Shown here: in pieces, positions 1 to 10,255 of the stretch
Layout of the letters: the number at the start of each line of letters is the position of its first letter
Numbering within the stretch: the stretch's first letter is position 1
Assembly: GCA_965203885.1 (NCBI GenBank)
Contig: OZ241920.1
Coordinates: 449,476-513,475, forward strand
Source of the DNA: a bacterium
GTDB taxonomy: Bacteria > JAAXHH01
Length of the DNA: 64,000 nucleotides
Reading direction: 5' to 3'
The notes under the pieces: generated by a model
What the model was told of the DNA's origin: nothing
Database searches by the model: none
Seen by the model: only the letters and a program-made list of their open reading frames with translations
Position numbers and translations under genes: made by a program

Positions 1-651
1 GCTGGCCCTTGGCATCCGTGAAGGCGCCTTTTTCGTGGCCGAACAGCTCGCTTTCCAGCACGCCCTCGGCAATGGCGCCGCAGTTGATCGGAATGAAGGG
101 TCCGTCCCGCCGGCCGCTGAAGTGGTGTATCGCCCGGGCGAAACCCTCCTTCCCGGTGCCGCTCTCGCCGGTGAGCAGGACCTGGATGCCCGTCGGCGCC
201 ACCTGGAGCACGGATTCCATGGCGGCGATGAAGCGCTCGTTCCGGCCCACGAGCTGGAACCGCCGGTGAAACTCGCCGCGCAGGTCCAGCGCGCGCATCT
301 TCGTCAGCAGTTCCCCGGCATCGACCGGTTTCTCGATATAGTCGCTGACGTCGAGGCGGCGGTACGGGCCGGGCGCCTGGCGCTGCCGCGTGGTGAGGAT
401 GATATCGGTATCGGGGTGCTTTCCCGAAATCGTGCGGATCAGCCGCTCGGGATCGGTGTCGTTCAGGCCGAGATCGACGAGGACGGCGTCCGGCGGTTCC
501 TTCCTCATCGCGCTCAGCGCCTCGGCTGCGGCGCCGGTCTCCCGCACGTCATACCCCGCATCCCGCAGGATGCGCGCCGCGTGGCGCCGGCTGTCGGTTT
601 CGCCGTCGACGACAAGAATCGTCCGGCCTTCCAATCCGGGACTGCTTGGCA
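1..651 (-). CDS. sigma-54-dependent response regulator (NtrC family), 3' end truncated by the window edge
   Basis: The minus-strand translation gives an N-terminal receiver domain ([10 protein letters not shown]...[11 protein letters not shown]). It continues into a sigma-54 interaction AAA+ domain ([11 protein letters not shown]...[26 protein letters not shown]). It probably starts at a TTG at 649-651, just after the stop of the upstream paralog. It is not in the ORF track because it runs off the window. Confidence 0.7.
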
Positions 652-655
652 ATCG

Positions 656-2386
<1,731 letters not shown>

Positions 2387-2424
2387 GGAAAAGGTCGACG
2401 CGGCTTCCGCACCGGGCGCGGATT

Positions 2425-2484
2425 CAGGCCCGTGCGCGGCTTCGTGCCAGGGCGCAGGCCCGTGCGCGGCTTCGTGCCAGGGCG
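2425..2484. repeat. 30-bp direct tandem repeat x2 in the leader of the sigma-54 regulator operon
   Basis: caggcccgtgcgcggcttcgtgccagggcg occurs twice back-to-back at 2425-2454 and 2455-2484. The minus-strand reading contains CTGGCACGAAGCCGCG, which resembles a sigma-54 -24 element. Confidence 0.85.
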
Positions 2485-2500
2485 GTTCGGCGCCCTTTCG

Positions 2501-2529
2501 AAATTACGCCAACGCCGGGTTGATGTCAA
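2501..2529 (-). promoter_or_regulatory. candidate sigma-70 promoter for the response-regulator operon (TTGACA-N17-TAATTT)
   Basis: On the minus strand, TTGACA (complement of 2524-2529) is followed by a 17-nt spacer and TAATTT (complement of 2501-2506). This lies about 110 nt upstream of the start codon at 2386. Confidence 0.35.
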
Positions 2530-2577
2530 TCGTTAACGGGGCGTTCCGCCGCCCCGGGAGCGACTTGCCGCCGCGCA

Positions 2578-2667
2578 CCGCGATGGTCTGGCCGCGTGAC
2601 CCGGAGCGCCCGCCGCCGCGATCCGCGATGGTCTGGCCGCGTGCCGCGGGAGCGTTCCGATGCCGCG
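2578..2667. repeat. roughly 45-bp direct tandem repeat x2
   Basis: ccgcgatggtctggccgcgtg occurs at 2578 and again at 2623 with similar flanks. The position is intergenic between the regulator operon and the SDR gene. Confidence 0.7.
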
Positions 2668-2691
2668 CCCGGCACCGCGCTCCGGGCGGGG

Positions 2692-3453
2692 TCATGGAAG
2701 CGGTTGCGCCGAGACCTGGTAGGCGGGCATGACCCACATCTCCGGTATGACCACGCGGGCGGGCTGGCAGAGCACGAATACGACGGTATCCGCGATGTCT
2801 TCGGGCGTGAGCATCAGGGACAGCCGCTTCTCCGACACGGGCCGGGGACGGTTCCTGAGGATGGGCGTCTTCACCTCGCCCGGCAGGATGGCGCAGGCGC
2901 GGAGCCCGAATTCGGCGGCTTCCAGGTTGATTGAATGGGTCAGCGACACCATGCCGTGCTTGGACGCGCAGTAGGCGGCCCCGCCGAGGAGGGACACCTG
3001 GCGTCCGGCCATGGACGCCACGTTGACGATGTTGCCCTCGCCGCGGGCTTTCATCTGTTCGTAGACCGCGCGAAAACAGTTGAACGCCCCCGTCAGGTTG
3101 ATGTCCACCACCAGGTCCCAGTCCTCCTCCGCCATCTCGGTGGCCGTGCGCAGCGGCGTATTGACCCCCGCGTTGTTCACCAGGACCGAAACGGGTCCCA
3201 GCCGATCCGCCGCTTCGCCTACCGCTTCGCGTACCTGTTCCCGGTCGGTCACGTCCATGGGGGCGACGGCCGCGCGCCGTCCGGCGGCCTCCACCTCCGC
3301 GGCGACCTTCTCCAGGGGCTCCCGCCGCCTGCTGGAGAGGATCACGTCCGCTCCTTCGCGGGCCAGGGCCAGCGCGATGCCCCGTCCGATGCCGGTCCCC
3401 GCGCCGGTGATCCAGGCCACCTGTCCTTCGAGTCTGTGCATGACAAGCTCCAT
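2692..3453 (-). CDS. SDR-family oxidoreductase (3-oxoacyl-ACP reductase-like)
   Basis: TGAGTGIG Rossmann motif, NNAG, and the catalytic YCASK (YxxxK). Confidence 0.85.
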   Translation of the reverse strand: MELVMHRLEGQVAWITGAGTGIGRGIALALAREGADVILSSRRREPLEKVAAEVEAAGRRAAVAPMDVTDREQVREAVGEAADRLGPVSVLVNNAGVNTPLRTATEMAEEDWDLVVDINLTGAFNCFRAVYEQMKARGEGNIVNVASMAGRQVSLLGGAAYCASKHGMVSLTHSINLEAAEFGLRACAILPGEVKTPILRNRPRPVSEKRLSLMLTPEDIADTVVFVLCQPARVVIPEMWVMPAYQVSAQPLP

Positions 3454-3582
3454 TCCGTGGGTAGTTTTGGCGCCGGCCCGACTTCCGTGGCCGGCCAGGT
3501 TACATGCTGAGTGTGGGTGCCCGCCGCTGCGGCCGGCCAGGCGCCGTTCCCTGCGATCACAGATACCTATCGTACATGCCGG

Positions 3583-4551
3583 TCAGGTCCCCGCCAGTTC
3601 GTCGTGCATCGACCGGGTGTCGATGCCCAGCCCGCCGAGCAGGTCTTTCCGGATCTTGCACACCATGGTGTACGCGGGGTCGAAGACGTTGCCCATGTCG
3701 TACTCGACGCATTGCCCGAGCAGCGTGTGTGCGGCCCGCGGATCGAGGCCGTAGTCGGCCTGCAGCCACCTCAGCATCTCGGTGGTCGCGTGCTGGACGC
3801 ACTGGTCGAGGGGCCGGGCGTTGCCCGCCGTGAAAATGTACTCCGCGTTCTCGCCGCGGGGCCAGGCGCTGCGCTTGCCCTTGAGCACGCGGAAGGTGAA
3901 CCGCACGTCGAAGGAGATCTCGACCCCGGTGCCGACGATCTCCCCGTCTCCCTGCACGGCGTGGCCGTCGCCGATGTGAAACAGCGCGCCGGGCGCGAAC
4001 ACGGGGAAGTACGCGGTGATACCTTCCACGAACCCCCGGTAGTCCATGTTCCCGCCGTGACTCGCGGACGTGGCCGTCGAAATCGCCTGGCCCTTGTCCG
4101 GCGCCACGCCGAAGCATCCCGTCATGGGCGCCATGGGCAGGGCCATCCGGCCGAGCCGGGTGTCTTCCGGTTCGACCAGCGTGACCGTCCGGCGGTCCGG
4201 GTCCACCTCCCAGCGGCACAGTTCGTCCCGGCCCGGGATTTCCCCGGCGGTCTCCCGCACGTAATCCGGATCGAGCACGTTGGGCGCAACGGACGGCCGG
4301 GTCCAGCCGAACGGGCGGTTCGGCGTCAGCCTGTCCAGGTGCACGGCGAGCGTATCCCCGGGTTCCGCGCCCTCGACGTGAAAGGGTCCGGTCTGCGGAT
4401 TGCCCGGGGGCGTGACGGGCGTGTCGGTGCGGTCCTTTCCCCGGGCGTCGACCGTCGACGTGACGACCGTATCCCCGTCCTGCACGCGCAGGGCGGGTTC
4501 GTGGGTACCCATATTGGTGTAATAGCGCACGGGTTCGAAGTGGTGGACCAT
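3583..4551 (-). CDS. acetamidase/formamidase family protein (FmdA/AmdA)
   Basis: 322 aa. Carries the characteristic GGNMD and DGHAVQGDGE motifs of the FmdA_AmdA family. Confidence 0.8.
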   Translation of the reverse strand: MVHHFEPVRYYTNMGTHEPALRVQDGDTVVTSTVDARGKDRTDTPVTPPGNPQTGPFHVEGAEPGDTLAVHLDRLTPNRPFGWTRPSVAPNVLDPDYVRETAGEIPGRDELCRWEVDPDRRTVTLVEPEDTRLGRMALPMAPMTGCFGVAPDKGQAISTATSASHGGNMDYRGFVEGITAYFPVFAPGALFHIGDGHAVQGDGEIVGTGVEISFDVRFTFRVLKGKRSAWPRGENAEYIFTAGNARPLDQCVQHATTEMLRWLQADYGLDPRAAHTLLGQCVEYDMGNVFDPAYTMVCKIRKDLLGGLGIDTRSMHDELAGT

Positions 4552-4845
4552 GATCGCTCCTGGATTGCTGGTTTTATCGGCAAGGCATACGGACCGGTTT
4601 ACGCCGGTTAGAATAACCCGGCACGGCGCGGACGGTCAAGGTGAATCCGGTGTCGCCGGCACCGGGATGCGCGCCGCGCGCAGGCGTCGTCCCGCGGTCC
4701 CGGGCGGTGTCGAGAGTCCACGGTCCGTCCGTGGACCGGGACCGCCGGTCCCCATCGGGATATCCCTTGACACGAAGGCGGGTCCGGCCTATAAAGTACA
4801 CTGGATTTCACACCGGCAATCCGTCACTCGCCTGGATCGCATGAC

Positions 4846-5172
4846 ATGCCCATCCGTCCCTATGAAGACGCCATCGTCGGCCTGACGCCCGCGGACGACA
4901 AGGTCCATCACATCCTCCCCGACTTCCAGCGGACCCGGACGGGCTGTCCGCACGGCGTGGAGTTCTGGGTAACGATCCGCACGGTCTCGCGGGATGACGA
5001 ACCGCTGATCCTGCAGTGGTGCATGACGTGCCGGCAGGTGGATGTCCTCAGGCTGGAAGAATACGACTGGCGCACGCGCCTAGAGGAGCTGCGGACGGAT
5101 GAGGTCGCGGACCGCCTGGACCGCCCGGACGGCCCGGACCGGCCGGACTGGCGGGAGCCGGACCTGGCGTAA
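4846..5172 (+). CDS. hypothetical protein (108 aa) with two Cys pairs (CPHG...CMTC)
   Basis: Intact ORF divergent from the formamidase gene. It has no obvious SD sequence. Its last 30 nt plus the stop codon are tandemly duplicated just downstream. Confidence 0.4.
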   Translation: MPIRPYEDAIVGLTPADDKVHHILPDFQRTRTGCPHGVEFWVTIRTVSRDDEPLILQWCMTCRQVDVLRLEEYDWRTRLEELRTDEVADRLDRPDGPDRPDWREPDLA

Positions 5173-5220
5173 ACGGAACCGGCCGGACGGCCGGACTGGC
5201 GGGAGCCGGACCTGGCGTAA
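5130..5220. repeat. 48-bp tandem duplication that includes the stop codon of the upstream ORF
   Basis: ccggactggcgggagccggacctggcgtaa occurs at 5143-5172 and again at 5191-5220. Confidence 0.85.
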
Positions 5221-5322
5221 ATGGATAGCCCGGATGGACTGGCGGATAGCCCGGACGGAACCGCCGGGCAGTCGACGACGAGAAATCTGGATCACGAATC
5301 AACCCTTCGAAGGAGCGCGGGC

Positions 5323-6264
5323 ATGGCCAAGAAGAAAATGTGGGGCGAGGAGCATTCCAAGTACATCTGGCTGGACGGGGAGCAGGTTCCCTGGGACCAG
5401 GGTACGGTACACGTCACCCAGGGTCATATTTTCGCCCACGCCATTTTCGAGGGGATCAGGGCCTACTGGAACGGCGACCGGGGAAAACTCTACGTCTTCC
5501 GCTTCGAAGATCACCTGAAACGCCTGTACAGGTCGATCAAGCTGATGCGGATGGAAACGCCGTACACGCTGGAAGACGTGACGAACGGCTCCCTCGAGCT
5601 GTGCCGGGTCCACGGGTACCGGGAGGACGTCTACGTCTTCCCGACCGTGTATTTCTCGCCGGACGTGTATCTCAACAAGATGGCCGGTCCGGCCCATGTA
5701 TACGTCCACACTTTTCCCTACGGATCCAACCTGCACAGGAAGGACGGCGCCCGGTGTTCGGTCAGTTCCTGGACGCGTATTTCGGACAACACGCTCCCGG
5801 CCCGCATCAAGTGCTGGGCCAACTACCGCAACAGCGCCATCGCGTGGACGGACGCCACGCTCAAGGGATTCGACGAAGCGATCATGCTGAACAACCGCGG
5901 CAAGGTCTGCGAGGCGCCGGGCGCCTGCCTGATGATGATCCAGGACGGCGTCCTCATCACCCCGCCGGTCACGGCCGATATCCTGGTGAGCGTCACCCGG
6001 GATACCATATTGAAGATCGGGCGTGAAGTGCTCGGGATGCCGGTCGTGGAAAGGGAGGTCGACCGGACGGAGCTGTATACGGCCGACGAGGTGTTCCTGT
6101 GCGGTACCGGCGCGGAGGTGACGCCGGTCGCTTCGATCGACAACTACGACGTCGGGGACGGTGCCATCGGTCCGTTCACGCAGCGGTTCCGCACGGCCTA
6201 CAACGATCTCATCCGGGGGATCGACGAACGCTTCCCCGAATGGCGCACCGAGGTGCCCCTGTAG
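5323..6264 (+). CDS. ilvE: branched-chain amino acid aminotransferase (class IV PLP aminotransferase)
   Basis: FEGIRAY and the class IV fold signature. An AGGAG sits 7 nt upstream of the ATG at 5323. The track ORF starting at 5221 adds a non-coding repeat-rich leader. Confidence 0.8.
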   Translation: MAKKKMWGEEHSKYIWLDGEQVPWDQGTVHVTQGHIFAHAIFEGIRAYWNGDRGKLYVFRFEDHLKRLYRSIKLMRMETPYTLEDVTNGSLELCRVHGYREDVYVFPTVYFSPDVYLNKMAGPAHVYVHTFPYGSNLHRKDGARCSVSSWTRISDNTLPARIKCWANYRNSAIAWTDATLKGFDEAIMLNNRGKVCEAPGACLMMIQDGVLITPPVTADILVSVTRDTILKIGREVLGMPVVEREVDRTELYTADEVFLCGTGAEVTPVASIDNYDVGDGAIGPFTQRFRTAYNDLIRGIDERFPEWRTEVPL

Positions 6265-6317
6265 CGCCCGCGGCGCGAACGGCGCAGGTAGTGCGGCGGC
6301 GCATGTAGAGCCCGAGG

Positions 6318-6396
6318 CGCGGCGGCTCAGGGGTTCCGGTTTTCGGCGGCTCAGGGGTTCCGGTTTTCGGCGGCTCAGGGGTTCCGGTTTTCGGCG
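6318..6396. repeat. 24-bp direct tandem repeat x3 at a convergent gene junction
   Basis: cggcggctcaggggttccggtttt x3. It overlaps the last codons of the PIG-L gene. Confidence 0.85.
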
Positions 6397-9044
6397 GCCG
6401 GCTGCGCCAGGCCGATCAGGTTGGCGAACAGCCTCACGGCCCCGGGCACGCCCGCGGGCAGCTGGCGGAACCAGGCGTAGCCCGTGTAGATATATCGCCC
6501 CTTGCCGTAGCGGGCTTCGACGAGTCCGCCGGCCCTGGGCGTCTCCCCCGGGTCCTGCGAGGCCATGAGCGGCGTGTAGCGGGGATCCCATTCTCCCAGG
6601 AAATACAGGCCGCGTTCCTGCACCCACCCTTCGAAATCGGTGTCCGTGATCCGGTTGGGCCGGTTGAATACGGGATGGTCCGGCACCAGGATGTCCACCG
6701 GCGCGTCTTCCCGCGTAACCCGGTCGTGGGGACGGTTTATCCGGAAGGGGTAGGGTCCGTACCGGTCCCGGTTGAAGGCGTACTTGTTGTACTGGACGAT
6801 GTAGACGCCTCCCGCCTCCACGTAGTCCAGCAGGCGCCGGTTCACGGCGACGAGATCCGGCCGGACTTCGTAGGCGCGGATGCCCGCGATGATCAGGTCG
6901 AAGGCCCCCAGGTCCGCCGAAGACAGGTCCTCCTCCGTCAGCAGCCGCACCCCCACGCCCATCTGCTCCAGCACGAGCGGCACCTGGTCGCCGGTGCCCA
7001 TGATGTAGCCCACGCTCAGCCCGTCCGGCAGTTCGACGGGCGTGACCTGCACGGTGGAGGCCGCGTCGCGGTACAGGTGCCTGGGTTCGATATGGGGATA
7101 GGCGATCACTTCGTATCCCTCGCGGTACGTCTTCCCGCCGGCCCTCGCCACCGCCCGCACCTCGTGGGCGCCTTCCGGCGCGCCGCCTGCCGGGACGATA
7201 GTGAAGTTGAACGTGGCGGCCTGTCCCTTCCCGGCGAACGACAGGGGCACTTCCCCGGGCGCGACTTCCCAGCCGTCCGGCGCCTCGAGCGCCAGTCCGC
7301 CTTCGATCCCGCCGTTCACGTTGCTGACCACGGTCGCGCTGAAGCGCAGGGGGCTTTCCCGCCCGGCCGCGGCGACCGCGACCCGCGGGTCCAGCGTGAC
7401 CGACAGCGCAGGCACCACCTGGAGTTCGCGGCGGATTTCGCCGAAGGCCCGGTCGGCGAAACGGTACTGCGCGGGCCGGCGGATTTCGATCTCGACGCCG
7501 TCCACGAGAACCCGGGCCCGTCCGGCCACGGGCTGGGGGCTCCAGGGCAGACCGATCAGCGACGTATCGTCGACCACGACCCGCCGGTCGTTCAGGGAGC
7601 GCCGATGCCAGTAGGGCCGGGTGAGCCGGGCGTCGGGGGGAACGGATACCCACCAGTCGCTTCGCACGCTTTCATTGTAGCCGATTTCCGCGGCCGGCTC
7701 GATCGGTCCGGCCGGTTTGTTCGGGACCGGATCGGTCGTGGCGGACCATCCCCCGGGCACGTCCAGGCCGAGGTGGGTGACGCGGACGGTCCGGTTGCTG
7801 CGGTTCAGCAGTTCCAGGTTGATCCCGAGCGTGTCGCCCGGGACCACCCGGTCCTCGTAGGTCAGCACCTCGAAGGCCAGGCCGAGAGCCCGTGCCGCCA
7901 CGACGGCGAAATCTTCTTCCTTCAGATCGAGCAGAAAAAGGATATCGGCGAGGGTGCCGGCCGGAAGCGTGCTTCGATCGAGATCGTCGCGAAGGGCCCG
8001 GATCGTCTTCAGGCCTTCCAGCACGGGATCCAGCAGGGCGGGCGGGTCCAGCGGCCGGTAGGCTTCCACCGCCTCGCGGGCCAGCGCGTCCAGCCGGCCG
8101 AGCCGGGCGGCGAATCCCGGGATCGCTTCGGCATCCGGACCGGCCATGGCATGCAGCCGCATGAAGGTCGTGTCGAGGCCGTCGAAGAGGTGGCCGTCCC
8201 CTTCCGTATCCGTCATGCCCGCGCGGGCCACCAGCTTGATCTTCGTGGTCGCCGGTCCCTTCGGCTGGATGGTCCCCATGTCCTGCGACCGATGCATGCT
8301 GCGGCCCGCCAGGCCGAGTTCGCGGTAGGACCGGTCCAGCACGGAGCTGTACGTCCCCACGTCGACCACCAGGGAATCGATGCTGTCGAATGACGCGCGG
8401 GTGTTGTTGATGTACAGCTTGCGGGCCTGCCAGGGACGCAGCCCTTCCCGCAGGTGTTCCGGGAACCGTTCCGGGTCGGCCGCGGCGTGGAACGCTTCCC
8501 GCGTGATCCTCCCCGATGCCTGGTGATGGCCGTGGCCGTCGCGGGGCGAATCGGCGAAGACGGATACGATCACGTCGGGGCGAAAGCGCCGTATGACGCG
8601 CACCACGTCCGACAGGACCATCTCATCCCCGTTCCAGAAGTCCAGGGTCTCCTCGGCGGACTTGGAAAAACCGAAGTCGTAGGTCCGGGTAAAATACTGC
8701 AGCGCCCCGTCGAATCGGCGCGCTGCCAGCAGCTCTTCCGTCCGGATCACACCGATGGCGTCGTACAGTTCGGGTCCGATCAGGTTCTGGCCGCCCTCGC
8801 CGCGATTGAGCGACAGGTAGGCCGTCCGCGCGTGCAGGCCGCGGCTGACATAGGCGACCAGGGCGCTGTTCTCGTCATCGGGGTGGGCGCCGGTGTGCAG
8901 CAGGCTGGCGACGACCGGCAGGCGAAGGACCGCCTGGGCGAGCGTGGCCGTCCCCTTGCCGTCGGGCACGGGCCGGATGGGTCCGGCCTCGGCACGGGTG
9001 GCGGAGCAGGCAAGCAGGATACACAGGATCAGACGCATAGGCAT
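6375..9044 (-). CDS. secreted PIG-L/LmbE-family deacetylase fused to large C-terminal domains (GATase1/ThuA-like)
   Basis: 889 aa. Signal peptide MPMRLILCILLACSATRA. The LmbE-type HPDDE motif is in the N-terminal domain. Confidence 0.75.
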   Translation of the reverse strand: MPMRLILCILLACSATRAEAGPIRPVPDGKGTATLAQAVLRLPVVASLLHTGAHPDDENSALVAYVSRGLHARTAYLSLNRGEGGQNLIGPELYDAIGVIRTEELLAARRFDGALQYFTRTYDFGFSKSAEETLDFWNGDEMVLSDVVRVIRRFRPDVIVSVFADSPRDGHGHHQASGRITREAFHAAADPERFPEHLREGLRPWQARKLYINNTRASFDSIDSLVVDVGTYSSVLDRSYRELGLAGRSMHRSQDMGTIQPKGPATTKIKLVARAGMTDTEGDGHLFDGLDTTFMRLHAMAGPDAEAIPGFAARLGRLDALAREAVEAYRPLDPPALLDPVLEGLKTIRALRDDLDRSTLPAGTLADILFLLDLKEEDFAVVAARALGLAFEVLTYEDRVVPGDTLGINLELLNRSNRTVRVTHLGLDVPGGWSATTDPVPNKPAGPIEPAAEIGYNESVRSDWWVSVPPDARLTRPYWHRRSLNDRRVVVDDTSLIGLPWSPQPVAGRARVLVDGVEIEIRRPAQYRFADRAFGEIRRELQVVPALSVTLDPRVAVAAAGRESPLRFSATVVSNVNGGIEGGLALEAPDGWEVAPGEVPLSFAGKGQAATFNFTIVPAGGAPEGAHEVRAVARAGGKTYREGYEVIAYPHIEPRHLYRDAASTVQVTPVELPDGLSVGYIMGTGDQVPLVLEQMGVGVRLLTEEDLSSADLGAFDLIIAGIRAYEVRPDLVAVNRRLLDYVEAGGVYIVQYNKYAFNRDRYGPYPFRINRPHDRVTREDAPVDILVPDHPVFNRPNRITDTDFEGWVQERGLYFLGEWDPRYTPLMASQDPGETPRAGGLVEARYGKGRYIYTGYAWFRQLPAGVPGAVRLFANLIGLAQPAAENRNP

Positions 9045-9207
9045 GGACGGGTCCCGGTTGGTGCGTGCGTGGATGCCGCGGTTGCGCCCGGTTGCGGCGC
9101 CCGGCGCCCGGACCGGCTGCGGGCTCTCCTAAGGTCGATTGTCATGACGGCGACCGGCGCCCGGCAGCGCCCGTCGGCGCCCGATCCGGCTGCGGGCTAC
9201 CGCCGGA

Positions 9208-10104
9208 TCAATCGTCCGGCAGCGCCCGGCGGTACAGCCAGAGGACGCCCGCCAGCGCGAGGAACAGGCCGATGAACATCCAGCCGAACCTGCGCCGGGT
9301 ATCGACCTCGGTGCGCGCGGTATCTACTTCTTTTCTGATATCCGGATAGATCTGTTCCAGCGAATCGACGACGGCGACCATTTTCTCGAGCACGAATACG
9401 TGGGAGGCCTGTTCGATATAGGCGTTCCGCGCCAGGGACGCCTGGTCCAGGATCAGGTCGACCGGGACGCCCGCGGCCCTGATCTCCTCTGCCTCCCGCC
9501 GGAATGCGTTGATCGGCTCGAGCCCCCGGTCCGATAGGGCGATGAAATCGTCCATGATTTCCTGCTCGTGGCAGTCTTCGCAGTTATCGGGAATGGAAAT
9601 CAGGGACGCCTGGGGATAGACCACTTCATGGTGATCGTGGCAGTCCACGCAGTTGGGCCAGAAATCCCCCTCGAGGCCATGGGGGCTGGGCACGTAGTTT
9701 ACCATCTGGACCTGGTGGCACTCGCCGCACAGTTCATGGACCACATAGGGGTCGGGCAGGCCCACAAAATCCCGTTCAAGATCGTGCGCCTCGTCCTCCA
9801 CCATGGTGGCGGGGTTCCCGCCGTGGCAGTCCTGGCAGGAGATGTCCGCGGGAAGGTGCGCGCTCCGCCGCCATTCGGCCACGGGCAGGCTCATGTCCTC
9901 GTCGTCCAGGCCGGCGTGACAGGTGACGCAGGTGTTGGTCGACGCGGCCGGTTGGGCCGCCGCGGGACCGGCGGCCGCCACGAAAAAGAACAACAGGGCC
10001 AGGAGGATGAGGGCCGTCAGCCCGGGGCGTTGCGCGGTCCGGTCCTGCAGGGCGGTACGCGGAACGTTCCCGGCGCCGTACCCGGCGTGCGTCCGTGCGC
10101 TCAT
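9208..10104 (-). CDS. pentaheme c-type cytochrome with C-terminal membrane anchor, subunit of a Rieske/cytochrome b complex
   Basis: Five CxxCH motifs (CVTCH, CQDCH, CGECH, CVDCH, CEDCH). An N-terminal signal/TM (LTALILLALLFFFVAAAGPAAA) and a C-terminal TM. Start assigned to the ATG at 10104 (MSARTHAGYG), which overlaps an upstream stop as ATGA. The track's longer start at 10242 lies inside a 77-bp duplication. Confidence 0.8.
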   Translation of the reverse strand: MSARTHAGYGAGNVPRTALQDRTAQRPGLTALILLALLFFFVAAAGPAAAQPAASTNTCVTCHAGLDDEDMSLPVAEWRRSAHLPADISCQDCHGGNPATMVEDEAHDLERDFVGLPDPYVVHELCGECHQVQMVNYVPSPHGLEGDFWPNCVDCHDHHEVVYPQASLISIPDNCEDCHEQEIMDDFIALSDRGLEPINAFRREAEEIRAAGVPVDLILDQASLARNAYIEQASHVFVLEKMVAVVDSLEQIYPDIRKEVDTARTEVDTRRRFGWMFIGLFLALAGVLWLYRRALPDD

Positions 10105-10255
10105 TCGTCCTCCCCGCCGTCCGTGGCCGGTCCGGCCGCCGGTTCCTCGACGGTCGCGATGGCATGGGTCCGTGCGCTCATTCGTCCTCCCCGCCGCCCG
10201 TGGCCGGTCCGGCCGCCGGCTCCTCGACGGTCGCGATGGCATGGGGCCAGCCGTA
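10101..10255. repeat. 77-bp tandem duplication spanning the cytochrome b stop / cytochrome c start junction
   Basis: Copy at 10101-10177 and copy at 10178-10254. The duplicate reproduces the last 22 codons of cytochrome b as a 26-codon mini-ORF (MSARTHAIATVEEPAAGPATDGGEDE) bounded by ATGA overlaps. Confidence 0.85.

Noticed and set aside
2425-2484. TGGCACG in the 30-bp repeats as a sigma-54 promoter
   Set aside because: The -12 GC is displaced by one position relative to TGGCACG-N4-TTGC. It is on the leader of an operon that already has a good sigma-70 promoter. It is mentioned only as a possible binding site.
5299-7653. 784-aa minus-strand ORF
   Set aside because: It is antisense to ilvE and overlaps the PIG-L gene in another frame. 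It has extreme Arg/Gly/Pro content and is a high-GC frame artefact.
9776-10165. 129-aa minus-strand ORF (MPSRPSRNRRPDRPR…)
   Set aside because: It is the out-of-frame reading of the 77-bp duplication plus the cytochrome c gene.
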